Origin: Nemertoderma westbladi
Taxonomy: Eukaryota; Animalia; Xenacoelomorpha
Assembly: GCA_032718475.1 (NCBI GenBank)
Contig: JAUCBJ010008313.1
Coordinates: 193,771-257,770, forward strand
Length of the DNA: 64,000 nt
Direction: 5' to 3'
Position 1 is the stretch's first letter. Every line of letters starts with the position of its first letter. The position numbers and the translations under genes are program-made. The notes under the pieces were generated by a model. It was not told the DNA's origin. It was given only the letters and a program-made list of their open reading frames with translations, and did no database searches. Shown in pieces: positions 50,917-64,000 of this stretch.

Positions 50917-52500
50917 TTGAGTGGGCCAGACAACATCTCGTACGAGACCTTGAAAGCTGCACTCCCTCAGACGATTCTCTTGTGGACCACTCTACTAAAT
51001 GCCTGTTTCAAGGCCAGCAGGGGAGTAAAGTCCTGGAAAGAGAGTATTATGAAGGTCCTTTACAAGGGCAAGTGCCCTCGAGACTTAGTTGACAACTACA
51101 GAGGTATTGCACTCCTTCAAAACCCGTATACAATTTTCTCTGGTTTAATAGAAAAGCACATACGTAAATGGCTCAATGAACACATCCCATCAGATCAATA
51201 TGGCTTTATGCGAGGAAAGTCAACAATAGGACCACTAACCAATTTAATAAATAGAGTTTTGGAGAACCTATCAATCCCACGGCGACCACTCTATGTAGCA
51301 TTTGTTGACTTTAGAAAAGCCTTCAATAGCGTCCTGTGCCAAAGGTTCCTTTACAAACTTAGTTATGTTTTCAATACGAGGCTGAATCCTCAAAATCCTT
51401 TAATGGATCCTAGAGTCTAATTTCATCAAGATATCCAATGGTCTTCGCACAACAAACCCAATATCACAGTCAGTGGTTTTCAACAGGGCGACGGCTTTAG
51501 TTCATACTTATTCATCCTCTACATACTTGGTGTGGGGTCATCATGACCCCATGACCATCATTAAAGAAGCTGCACTCAGCATCATAATCCATTTCTTTGC
51601 TGATGATGTCGTGTTATACATTGATTCCCGCGAAACACTCCAGAGGGGACTTGATGCTCTTTCTAAGTGGTCCACTCAAAGTTAACCTCACAAAAACAGA
51701 GGTGATTAAATTGCGATGAGGTGGTCGCCTTGTTCGTCCTGATTCCTTCAATTATCGCGGCAATCGAATCAATATCACTAATATGTCTAATATCACTAAT
51801 ATATACATATCTCGGAGTGACATTAACACCAACTCTATCATTCTCAATCAAAACCTGCAAAGTGTTAAAGGGAATCCATTCAATTAAAAATCCGCACTGC
51901 CTCTCACTAAAAACAGCAACCAAACTGTTCGATACCAAAATAAGACCAATAATCAGTTACGCCATTCAAACATACTGGACACACCTCACGCCAACAAACT
52001 TTGAAAAATTAGACAAAATTAAAGCGGTTTACCGTAAACGCTGCATGGGTATCCATAAATCGACACAAAACCGACTTGCTCTCAACTTTCATCTACAGGA
52101 ACCCTTATGTGTCGAATCTTAGGTTACATTAAATCTGCCCAGAACATTGGCCTATGAACAATACGTCGAACTCCAAGCGATTAAAACGGCAAAATTCCTC
52201 CTGAATTCTGGCAATCACTGGGTTTTACAAACAGAAGCTGGTCAGAGTCCAACCAATCCCTACACCACGTGACAACCCGCTTTAGTTGCCATGGGTTCCA
52301 CCACTCAATCTGTTGTAGAACGGGATATCACACCCCATACATTGACTGTAGGTGCAGTCTGTGTGGGGACACCACCACAATTTATCATCTCACTGATTGC
52401 ACCACAAACCACGAGCCACTTCGACACTGGGCAACATTGTCTTGCCCCATCCCCTAGTTTACCTATTTTAAACTCTGACCTTTATTTATTTTTTTAAATT
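50917..52500 (+). mobile_element. 5'-truncated non-LTR retrotransposon (RT with C-terminal Cys/His motif), decayed; clade uncertain
   Basis: GPDNISYE, LYKGK..NYRGIAL, QYGF, VAFVDFRKAF, QGD, FADD, YTYLGV, TRF.CHGFHH.IC..H..C.C.LC..YHL..C. Confidence 0.85.
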
Positions 52501-52599
52501 AAATATAATCTGTTTTAAATTACAAGCATTGATTAATTAATCACATAATTTTTACTCCCTGCTTTTAATCCTCTTTATCAGAAGTAAAATATACCTCAT

Positions 52600-53254
52600 C
52601 TTCACCTATTTCATCCGAACACACTAAAGCTTCCTGCTTTATATCCAATTCACCTAATCGTGATGTAACCTCACTTCTCTTCCCTGAAATTTTCTTTAAT
52701 ACCTATGAAACTTAAAACAGGGACAGTTGTCCTTGCAAGTTGTTCTTCTGTGTGTGACAGTCCAGCGTTCTTTAAAAGTCTGAATGCAATCACCCCATCA
52801 TCGGGCAGCTCCATACCATGTTTCCTTACCTTTGAATATAAATTATCAAATTCCACCAGATATTCCTCCATGGTTATCACAATTGGGCGTATATATATAT
52901 CTCAAAATTCTCACAAGCACAAAATCACAGCTCACAACTCCTTGTCCTTTAAATATAAATCGTCCAGCTTAGTTATTAATTTCTCCAGTCCATCTTCACT
53001 GCTTAATTCAGCAATTGGTATATCCACTGTAACTTCCCTCGCTTTTCTGCTCATTGATAACACCAACACCAGACCTTGGTTCTTTTTATTTAAATCAGTT
53101 ACTATTCACCATATTTCTATTTCCTTTTTCCAGTTGTCAAAGGAATGATCTGCACGCATTTAGGGGGGTATTTTATAACTTGCTACACCTGCCGATTCTG
53201 CCCTTTTGTTGAGGAACAACCACGCTCTGCTACCATGAAATACTGACTATAAAG
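52600..53254 (-). mobile_element. Copia LTR retrotransposon remnant: PBS and decayed gag
   Basis: TGGTAGCAGAGC PBS (53235-53224) after ...TTTCA; gag motifs WKKEIEIW, GLEKLITKLD.LY.KD, MEEYLVEFDNLYSKV..MELPD.VIAFRLLKNAGL. Confidence 0.8.
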
Positions 53255-53258
53255 TTAA

Positions 53259-54268
53259 CCCTATTACCACTGGGGTGTTTTGACCATTAGCACCACTACT
53301 GGGGGGGGGGGGGGGGGGGGGGGGATTCGGCCCACGCACTATATTTTTGTAATCGTCCAATGAAATCCTACAAAATTTGGGCTGTTGGTGAAACAACTAT
53401 AGATGAACACTACCAAACCTTAAAAAGTTAAAATTTCATAAGCAGGGAATCGTAATTTTGATGATAAATAAAAGTAGTCCCAGGACAAAATTACAAAATT
53501 TTTCCTTTTTCTAAAAACTAATAGTGTGGCAGTGTTGGCTAGATTTAGTAGGTTTTTCAAGACGCTGAATCGAATGTGATTATATTCCATTTCCAAAAAT
53601 TGAAGTGGATGCTATTTTTCGTGCACCTAATAAGTGGGCGTGGCACTTCAAATTTTGAAAAATTAGATATTCAGAAAATGCCCCTAATTTTTTATTTCAA
53701 CGCATCTTTATAGGTTTTCTGGGCCGCTGAATCGATTGAAAGTAATATAGAAGCCTGAAGACTTAGTGGTTCGCCATTTTTGGTGCACCAAAATTAGGGC
53801 GTGGCACTTCAAATTTTGAAAAATGAAATGAAACATTTTGGTGCAACAAAAATGGCGAACCACTAAGTCTTCAAGCTTCTATATTACTTTCAATCGATTC
53901 AGCGCTCCAGAAAACCAATAAAAACGCTTCGAAATCAAAACTTTAGTAAATTTTTCGAATAAAGTAATTTTGAAATTTTAAAGTGCCACGCCCTAATTTT
54001 GGTGCTCCAAAAATGACGTACCACTACACTTACATACTTGTATAGAGCATTAGAGTAATCCAAACCAATAAAAATAAATAAAAATAGCCCAAACATAAAT
54101 AATTACTAAATCACGAATGACTTTGTATAATTCGAAAATTTCAAAAAATTTGGTGCTGGAGACCAAATTTTAAGGTGGCACCCACATCTAAAATTGCAAC
54201 GTCGTTTTTTTGCAAAAGATGCCCACACCCCACCTCCCCCCCCCCCCCCCCCCCCAGTGGTAATAGGG
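53259..54268. mobile_element. piggyBac-type non-autonomous element (MITE), 1010 bp
   Basis: TTAA at 53255-53258 and 54269-54272; 17-bp TIR CCCTATTACCACTGGGG; internal direct and inverted repeats (gggcgtggcacttcaaattttgaa). Confidence 0.9.
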
Positions 54269-54899
54269 TTAATATCACTCCTGATTGTCCGACATATATT
54301 TGAGATAATATTTTAGATAACACAATTACACTGGTAGGCATGATATACCATTTTAGTTTTTTTAATTTCCCACTGTTTTAAGTTTTCAGATATACACTCT
54401 GTTGCTAAGTAACATAATAAATAGTCTTCTGGTGATGGTAGAGTTCTGGTGGTGGTAAAATGTTTGGTGCAGACTAAAATGTTGTTCCTTTAATTTATTT
54501 CAGTAATTAAATAAATATAATAATCAAAAAATGATATACCGGTTACTATTGTACCAGTAGACTTTACTGCAGTACCGGTCCAGTACAGATAACCCTATTT
54601 CTACAATCAGCTACGGTACTGGTATATCACTTACTTAAAGGCCTTCATAACTCTTATGTCCAGGGGTGATCCTAACAGAAAGGAGCAAAACTGGAAATAA
54701 CAAATATAGTTACCGTAGAAACATCACCTAAATGTTATAATCGCTGAAATTTGTAATCTTTAATAATTATGTTAATACTCAAACAATGTCAGATTAAGAA
54801 ATAAATATCAGCTCGATTTATATTCTTAACCTTATCTAAAGTTACAGAAAGGCCACACTAATAAAATAAACATAATTTAACAAACTTTGGTGCATATTT

Positions 54900-55310
54900 T
54901 GTAACTAATTGTGAAATCGCTACACTAAACTTGAATGCAGTCTCTATAGCAACAGGATTTAAAAATCAGACAAAAAAGATTGTCTTTATTTCGTGTACTG
55001 TAATTGCGACAACAAGAAGTTGAGTCAATGTTGATATACTGGATTTTGCTAAATCTACAGCTTGCAAATTTATATATACAGGTTTAGTCTTGAATTCTTT
55101 ACCTTGACTTTTATGAACTGTTATAGCATGCATCGTGACAAATGGAAATTGAGTTCGGGTACCCTTTTCAGCATATCTTTTACCCTTAAGTCTTGCTGTT
55201 ATTGGAAATATTTGAACCCATGCAGGATTTACCAACGATTTTGATTCCTCATCAATTTTCAAATCTGGTATATCTACGACAACATGGTTAATTGGAGGAT
55301 TGTCACCCAT
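54900..55310 (-). pseudogene. PIF1-family helicase C-terminal fragment (Helitron RepHel-like)
   Basis: RTQFPF..HAITVHKSQG..F..VYINL..LVVAIT corresponds to the PIF1 QFPL.LA.A.TIHKSQG...YVA.SR motifs. Confidence 0.7.
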
Positions 55311-55375
55311 TTGCAGAGCGTGAGCTGAGCATGTTCAATAGTTTCTTAATATATCCAATTCCACTATTAATTATT

Positions 55376-58300
55376 ACTAGAAAGGCATTTCCTGAAGGAA
55401 ATGCAACCACGAAGCTAAGGAAAATTAAACAAAGGGCCACAATTATGGTTTGTTGCTTAGCCTAGTTTAGTAGCATTTGCCAATAAATAACTTATATTCC
55501 TATGGAAACTAGAAATTCTCTGGAACTGTTGGTTTTACCTTTGAAAAAAGATTCAGTCCAGATTGTGGTTCAGATAACACATACCAAGTTTCAGAAAATA
55601 TTGTAGTTTATGTCCAAATTACCGATTTTCTATCAAAATGCATCTGTTTGCAGTGGTTGTCATGGAAACTGAAAAATAGAACAATGTAATTCGGATGCAG
55701 AATAAGTCATATAATGGGGGTAGGTCTTGGTCCCAAGTCATAATACTATTAACTTGTGCTTCAAATAATCATTTTATAAATTTTAACATTTGTTTAGTCT
55801 TGTTGCTATGGTAACTGGATTTTCTAATTAACCTCGAACGGCTTGGATATGGACCTTATATATTAGTTGCAAAACCCCAAGTTTATATATATTACAGTTT
55901 TGCTACAAATAGTGTATTGAATTTAGACTTGAATGATATAGACTTTAATAAACTCCAGTTACCATGGTAACAAGATATTTCTGGAATGATTTGAGTTTCA
56001 CTAAAAGTTCCAACTAGTGGTCCAGATAACACATACCCAGTTTTGTAAAATTTTATCGCGAATTCTATGTCCAAATGAATAATTTTTGTATAATAACATC
56101 TGTTTTCTGCGGTTGTCATGGTAACTGAAAAATATAACAATGTAATTCGGATGCAGAATAAGTTATATAGTGGGGGTAGGGGTTGGTCCCAAGTCATAAC
56201 AACTTGCCCTTAGGCTTCAAATTATCATTTTGTAAATTTTAACATCTGTTTAGCCCGGTTGCCAAGGTAACTGGATTTTCTATTTAGCCTCAATCGGATC
56301 TGCTATTGACCTTATAGTTGTGTTGCGAAACCCCAAGTTTATATCTATTATAGTTTTCCTACAAATAGAGTTATAAATATTGACTTGAAATACATAGACT
56401 TTTTTTGAAGTCCGTTGCCATGGAAACCAGATTTTTCCTGGATATGAGACCCGGCCCAAAAGATGCGCCTCGACGAGTAGTATATACATGGAAAATTTCA
56501 GGGTACTTTTAAAGGCTAGTTTTTTCCCCGGTCAAAAAAAACCAAATCTGCTCCATACAAGTAAAATAGCCCACTATGAATAGACCATCTCAGCTAAGGA
56601 AAATCTTTCTTAGCGAAAGTAGTTGATTTTCCTTAGCTTCGTGGATCTTCGCAACACTAAGATTACGAGAAAGGCATTTCCTAAAGGAAATGCAACCACG
56701 AAGCTAAGGAAAATTAAACAACCGGCCACACTTTGGTTCGTTGCTTAGCCTCTGTAAAAGCCTTTGCTGAATTGCCCCGTTATTTTTACGAGAAAGGCAT
56801 TTCCTAAAGGAAATGCAACCACGAAGCTAAGGAAAATTAAACAAACGGCCACACTTTGGTTCGTTGCTTCTAGCCTAGTTTAGTAGCAATTGTCAATAAT
56901 TAACTTCTATTCCCATGGAAACTAGAGTTCTCTGGAACTGTTGCTTTAACCTTTGAAAAAAAATTCAGTACAGATTGTGGTTCAGATAACACATATACTG
57001 AGTTTCAGAAAATATTGTAGTTTATGTCCAAATTACCGATTTTCTATCAAAATGCATCTGTTTGCAGTGGTTGTCATGGAAACTGAAAAATAGAACAATG
57101 TAATTCGGATGCAGAATAAGTCATATAGTGGGGGTAGGGGTTAGTCCCAAGTCATAATACTATTAACTTGTGCTTCAAATTATCATTTTATAAATTTTAA
57201 CATCTGTTTAGACTTGTTGCTATGGTAACTGTATTTTCTAATTAACCTCAAACGGCTTGTGATATGGATCTTATAGATGAGTTGCAAAACCCCAAGTTTA
57301 TATATATTACAGTTTTGCTACAAATAGAGTTATCAATATAGATTTGAATGATATAGAGTTTAATAAACTACAGTTACCATGGTAACTAAATTTCTGGAAT
57401 AATTTAAGTTTCACTAAAAGTTCCAACTAGTGGTCCAGATAACACATACCCAGTTTTGTAAAATTTTATCGTGAAGTCTATGTCCAAATGAATAAGTTTT
57501 GAATAAAAACATCTGTTTTCAGCGGTTGTCATGGTAACTGAAAAATAGAACAATGTAATTCGGATGCAGAATAAGTTATATAGTGGGGGTAGGGGTTGGT
57601 CCCAAGTCATAACACCTTAACCTTAGGCTTCAAATTAACATTTTATAAATTTTAACATCTGTTTAGCCCGGTTGCCAAGGTAACTGGATTTTCTATTTAA
57701 CCTCAATCGGCTCTGCTATGGACCTTATAGTTGTGTTGAGAAACCCCAAGTTTATATCTATTATAGTTTTCCTACAAATAGAGTTATAGATATTGACTTG
57801 AAATACATAGACTTTTTTCTAAGTCCGTTGCCATGGAAACCAGATTTTTCCTGGATATGAGACCCAGCCCAAAAGATGCGCCTCGACGAGTAGTATATAC
57901 ATGCAAAATTTCAGGGTACTTTTAAAGGCTAGTTTTTTCACCGATCAAAAAAAACCAAATCTGCCTCACACAAGTAAAATAGCCCACTATGAATAGACCA
58001 TCTCAGCTAAGGAAAATCTTTCTTAGCGAAAGTAGTTGATTTTCCTTAGCTTCGTGGATATTCATAACTCTACGAGAAAGGCATTTCCTAAAGGAAATGC
58101 AACCACGAAGCTAAGGAAAATTAAACATGACGGCCACACTTTGGTTCGTTGCTTAGCCTCATTAAGTAGCAATTGTCAATAATTAACTTCTATTCTCATG
58201 GAAACTAGAGTTCTCTGGAACTGTTGCTTTAACCTTTGAAAAAAGTTCAGTAGAGATTGTGGTTCAGATAACACATATACTGAGTTTCAGAAAATATTGT

Positions 58301-61300
58301 AGTTTATGTCCCAATTACCAATTTTCTATCAAAATGCATCTGTTTGCAGTGGTTGTCATGGAAACTGGAAAATAGAACAATGTAATTCGGATGCAGAATA
58401 AGTCATATAGTGGGGGTAGGTGTTGGTCCCAAGTCATAATACTATTAAATTGTGCTTCAAATTATCATTTTATTAATTTTAACATCTGTTTACTCTTGTT
58501 GCTATGGTAAATGGATTTTCTAATTAACTTCGAACGGCTTGTATATGGACCTTATAGATGAGTTACAAAACCCCAAGTTTATATATATTACAGTTTTGCT
58601 AGAAATAGAGTTATCAATATAGACTTGAATGATATAGAGTTTAATAAACTACAGTTACCATGGTAACTAAATTTCTGGAATGATTTAAGTTTCACTAAAA
58701 GTTCCAACTAGTGGTGCAGATAACACATACCCAGTTTTGTAAAATTTTATCGCGAAGTCTATGTCCAAATGAATAATTTTTGTATAAAAACATCTGTTTT
58801 CGGCTGTTGTCATGGTAACTGAAAAATAGAACAATGTAATTCGGATGCAGAATAAGTTATATAGTGGGGGTAGGGGTTGGTCTCAAGTCATAACACCTTG
58901 CCCTTAGGCCTCAAATTATCATTTTATAAATTTTAACATCTGTTTATCCCGGTTGCCAACGTAACTGGATTTTCTATTTAGCCTCAATCGGATCTGCTAT
59001 GGACCTTATAGTTGTGTTGCAAAACCCCAAGTTTAAATCTATTATAGTTTTCCTACAAATAGAGTTATAAATATTGACTTGAAATACATAGACTTTTTTT
59101 GAAGTCCGTTGCCATGGAAACCAGATTTTTCCTGGATATGAGACCCGGCCCAAAAGATGCGCCTCGCCGAGTAGTATATACATGCAAAATTTCAGGGTAC
59201 TTTTAAAGGCTAGTTTTTTCGCCTATCAAAAAACCCCAAATCTGCCTCACACAAGTAAAATAGCCCACTATGAATAGACCATCTCAGCTAAGGAAAATCT
59301 TTCTTAGCGAAAGTAGTTGATTTTCCTTAGCTTCGTGGACCTCGAACGGTTTGTATATGGACCTTATAGATGAGTTGCAAAACCCCAAGTTTATATATAT
59401 TACAGTTTTGCTACAAATAGAGTTATCAATATAGATTTGAATGATATAGAGTTTAATAAACTACAGTTACCATGGTAACTAAATTTCTGGAATAATTTAA
59501 GTTTCACTAAAAGTTCCAACTAGTGGTCCAGATAACACATTCCCAGTTTTGTAAAATTTTATCGTGAAGTCTATGTCCAAATGAATAAGTTTTGAATAAA
59601 AACATATGTTTTCAGCGGTTGTCATGGTAACTGAAAAATAGAACAATGTAATTCGGATGCAGAATAAGTTATATAGTGGGGGTAGGGGTTGGTCCCAAGT
59701 CATAACACCTTGCCCTTAGGCTTCAAATTAACATTTTATAAATTTTAACATCTGTTTATCCCGGTTGCCAAGGTAACTGGATTTTCTATTTAGCCTCAAT
59801 CGGATCTGCTATGGACCTTATAGTTGTGTTGCGAAACCCCAAGTTTATATCTATTATAGTTTTCCTACAAATAGAGTTATAAATATTGACTTGAAATACA
59901 TAGACTTTTTTTGAAGTCCGTTGCCATGGAAACCAGATTTTTCCTGGATATGAGACCCGGCCCAAAAGATGCGCCTCGTCGAGTAGTATATACATGCAAA
60001 ATTTCAGGGTACTTTTAAAGGCTAGTTTTTTCGCCTATCAAAAAACCCCAAATCTGCCTCACACAAGTAAAATAGCCCACTATGAATAGACCATCTCAGC
60101 TAAGGAAAATCTTTCTTAGCGAAAGTAGTTGATTTTCCTTAGCTTCGTGGATTATCTTTTACGAGAAAGGCATTTCCTAAAGGAAATGCAACCACGAAGC
60201 TAAGGAAAATTAAACAAACGGCCACACTTTGGTTCGTTGCTTATAGCCTAGTTTAGTAGCAATTGCCAATAATTTACTTCTATTCCCATGGAAACTAGAG
60301 TTCTCTTGAACTGTGGGTTTTACCTTTGAAAAAAGATTCAGTCCAGATTGTGGTTCAGATTATAACACATATACCGAGTTTCAGAAAATATTGTAGTTTA
60401 TGTCCAAATTACCGATTTTCTATCAAAATGCATCTGTTTGCAGTGGTTGTCATGGAAACTGAAAAATATAATAATGTAATTCGGATGCAGAATAAGTCAT
60501 ATAGTGGGGGTAGGTCTTGGTCCCAAGTCATAATACTATTAACTTGTGCTTCAAATTATCATTTTATAAATAGTAACATCTGTTTAGTCTTGTTGCTATG
60601 GTAACTGTACTTTCTAATTAACCTCAAACGGCTTGGATGGATATGGAAATTATAGATGAGTTACAAAACCCCAAGTTTATATATATTACAGTTTTGCTAG
60701 AAATAGAGTTATCAATATAGACTTGAATGATATAGAGTTTAATAAACTACAGTTACCATGGTAACTAAATTTCTGGAATGATTTAAGTTTCACTAAAAGT
60801 TCCAACTAGTGGTGCAGATAACACATACCCAGTTTTGTAAAATTTTATCGCGAAGTCTATGTCCAAATGAATAATTTTTGTATAAAAACATCTGTTTTCG
60901 GCTGTTGTCATGGTAACTGAAAAATAGAACAATGTAATTCGGATGCAGAATAAGTTATATAGTGGGGGTAGGGGTTGGTCTCAAGTCATAACACCTTGCC
61001 CTTAGGCCTCAAATTATCATTTTATAAATTTTAACATCTGTTTATCCCGGTTGCCAAGGTAACTGGATTTTCTATTTAGTTATCTTTTACCTTAAAATAC
61101 TCTGTAGTTGATTTAATAAGTGTAAGAGACCGTATTATTGCTGTATCGGTGTTTTTAGAGGATCTAAGACCTACGAGAAAGGCATTTCCTAAAGGAAATG
61201 CAACCACGAAGCTAAGGAAAATTAAACAAACTGCCACACTTTGGTTCGTTGCTTAGCCTCGTTTAGTAGCAATTGTCAATAATTAACTTCTATTCCCATG

Positions 61301-63791
61301 GAAACTAGAGTTCTCTGGAACTGTTGCTTTAACCTTTGAAAAAAATTTCAGTACAGATTGTGGTTCAGATAACACGTCATATACTGAGTTTCAGAAAATA
61401 TTGTAGTTTATGTCCAAATTACCGATTTTCTATCAAAATGCATCTGTTTGCAGTGGTTGTCATAGAAACTGAAAAATAGAACAATCTAATTCGGATGCAG
61501 AATAAGTCATATAGTGGGGGTAGGGGTTGGTCCCAAGTCATAATACTATTAACTTGTGCTTCAAATTATCATTTTATAAATTTTAACATCTGTTTAGACT
61601 TGTTGCTATGGTAACTGTATTTTCTAATTAACCTCAAACGGCTTGGATATGGATCTTATAGATGAGTTGCAAAACCCCAAGTTTATATATATTACAGTTT
61701 TGCTACAAATAGAGTTATCAATATAGATTTGAATGATATAGAGTTTAATAAACTACAGTTACCATGGTAACTAAATTTCTGGAATAATTTAAGTTTCACT
61801 AAAAGTTCCAACTAATGGTCCAGATAACACATACCCAGTTTTGTAAAATTTTATCGTGAAGTCTATGTCCAAATGAATAAGTTTTGAATAAAAACATCTG
61901 TTTTCAGCGGTTGTCATGGTAACTGAAAAATAGAACAATGTAATTCGGATGCAGAATAAGTTATATAGTGGGGGTAGGGGTTGGTCCCAAGTCATAACAC
62001 CTTAACCTTAGGCTTCAAATTAACATTTTATAAATATTTAACATCTGTCTAGCCCGGTTGCCAAGGCAACTGGATTTTCTATTGAACCTCAATCAGCTCT
62101 GCTGCGGACCTTACAGTTGAGTTGAGAAACCCCAAGTTTATATCTATTATAGTTTTCCTACAAATAGAGTTATAAATATTGACTTGAAATACATAGACTT
62201 TTTTCTAAGTCCGTTGCCATGGAAACCAGATTTTTCCTGAATATGAGACCCATCCCACACGACGCGCCTCGATGAGTAGTACATACATGCAAAATTTCAG
62301 GGTACTTTTAAAGGCTAGTTTTTTCCCCGACCAAAAAACCCCAAATCTGCTCCATACAAGTAAAATAGCCCACTATGAATAGACCATCTCAGCTAAGGAA
62401 AATCTTTCTTAGCGAAAGTAGTTGATTTTCCTTAGCTTCGTGGATTTCCTCCGTATGTGTACTGTGAAAGGCATATTTTTATGATTCTATGGCAATTCGT
62501 GACGCAAAAGGGTGATAGCTACTCTTGAACAGTAGTTACTAGAAAGGCATTTCCTAAAGGAAATGCAACCACGAAGCTAAGGAAAATTAGACACTCTTTG
62601 ACTCATCAGTTCATTGATTTACCGAGTTAAAAGAACTCCCGGTATTGCCAAGGTAACTGGACTTTTCTAGAAATGCTGAGTTTTACATTAAGATCTAGTT
62701 TGTGGTTCCAGGTGACACATCGACTTCAAGGAAGCTTCATTGAGTAGTTTATGTGCAAAATTAATTATTAATTTGTTAAAAAGTCTGTTTGCAGTGGTTG
62801 TCAAGGTAACTGGCAAATAGAACAACGTAGATTGGATGCAGAATAAGTGATATTATGGTGGTAGGGGTTGGTCCCAAGTCATAATGCCTTTAACTTGTGT
62901 TTCTAATTATAATTTTTTAAATTATAACATCTGTTTAGCCTGGTTACCAAGGTAACTGGATTTTCTAATTAACCACAATTGGCTCCTCTAAGGACCTTCC
63001 TTATAGTTGAGTTGGGAAACCCAATATTTATATCTAATACAGTTTTCCTACAAACAAGAGTTAAAAATATAGACTTGAATGATATTGACTTTAATAAGCT
63101 CCAGTTACCATGGTAACTAGATATTTCTGGAATGTTTTGAGTTTTACTAAAAGTTCCAACTAGTGGTCCAGATAACACATAACCAGTTTCGTAAAATTTT
63201 ATCGCGAAGTCTATGTCCAAATGAGTAATTTTTGTATTAAAACATCTGTTTTCAGCGGTTGTCATGGAAACTACAAAATAGAACAATGAAATTTGGACGC
63301 AGAATAAGTTATATAGTGGGAGTAGGGGTTGGTCCCAAGTCATTATACCTTAACCTTAGGCTTCAAATTAACATTTTATAAATTTTAACATCTGTTTAGC
63401 CCGGTTGCCAAGGTAACTGGATTTTCTATTTAACGTCAATCGGCTCTGCTATGGACCTTATAGTTGAGTTGAGAAACCCCAAGTTTATATCTATTATAGT
63501 TTTCCTACAAATAGAGTTATAAATATTGACTTGAAATACATAGACTTTTTTCTAAGTCCGTTGCCATGGAAACCAGATTTTTCCTGGATATGAGACCCGG
63601 CCCAAAAGATGCGCCTCGCCGAGTAGTATATACATGCAAAATTTCAGGGTACTTTTAAAGGCTAGTTTTTTCCGGAATCAAAAAAAACCAAATCTGCCTC
63701 ACACAAGTAAAATAGCCCACTATGAATAGACCATCTCAGCTAAGGAAAATCTTTCTTAGCGAAAGTAGTTGATTTTCCTTAGCTTCGTGGA
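55376..63791 (-). mobile_element. Cluster of 8 same-orientation non-autonomous Helentron/HINE-like elements (~1.27 kb; 5 full, 3 partial)
   Basis: Copies 55376-56645, 56665-~56750 (partial), 56788-58058, 58072-59339, 59340-60151 (partial), 60161-~61079 (partial), 61173-62444 and 62538-63791. On the minus strand each full copy starts TCCACGAAGCTAAGGAAAAT, has its inverted copy subterminally, then the hairpin GCATTTCC-N4-GGAAATGC, and ends CTTTCTAGT/CTCGT. Internal ~456-bp (3 x ~150 bp) repeats. Confidence 0.8.
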
Positions 63792-64000
63792 CTATGACTA
63801 CGGTTAACAGCTGACATTCATACGTGTTGATTTCCTTTGTTCTACGGCGTCTCTCAGTTCAGTCAGCCAATGAGAGCGTTTTTGTGGCTCCTTGTACAGA
63901 AAATTTCCGAGAAATGACGCAATGCCTATGTGCAGTGTTTACATTCAGTCTTGAGCCAAAGAAAGAACGGCTTGGAAGTATTTTGTGCTGTACTGCTTTT

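Noticed and set aside
55892-63343. Recurrent MTWDQPLPP and MYILL ORFs
   Set aside because: Incidental frames in the non-coding HINE repeat with variable stops.
63800-63930. CCAAT/TGACG promoter-like motifs at the window end
   Set aside because: Short motifs with no associated gene visible.

Overview
Repeat-dense eukaryotic (invertebrate animal-like) genomic DNA; no prokaryotic genes, rRNA/tRNA or CRISPR seen. Almost half the window (2431-32108) is one insertion of a Bel/Pao LTR retrotransposon in tandem LTR-internal-LTR-internal-LTR form: three ~2.24-kb TGTTA...TAACA LTRs and a single 5-bp AGGTC target duplication. Besides decayed gag-PR-RT-RNaseH-IN, both units carry a large extra ORF in the env position. 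It reconstructs to ~1,200 aa with a WRN/EXD/Mut-7-like DEDDy 3'-5' exonuclease domain and three CCHC knuckles. The element also carries six copies of a 16-bp palindrome (CAAACCYGCGGGTTTG) in different reading frames and lacks a tRNA primer site. Together these are the best candidate for an undescribed system (possibly anti-silencing or RNA processing). The rest of the window holds CRE-type non-LTR remnants (one with an N-terminal Ulp1 protease domain split by a solo LTR containing a covarying structured-RNA array), RTE, CR1/L2 and RTE-X LINEs, a Copia gag remnant, a piggyBac-type MITE, a PIF1/Helitron fragment, a probable signal-peptide first exon of a host gene, and an 8.4-kb same-orientation cluster of Helentron/HINE-like elements carrying RFX X-box palindromes. 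All calls are from manual motif reading; no database searches were run.
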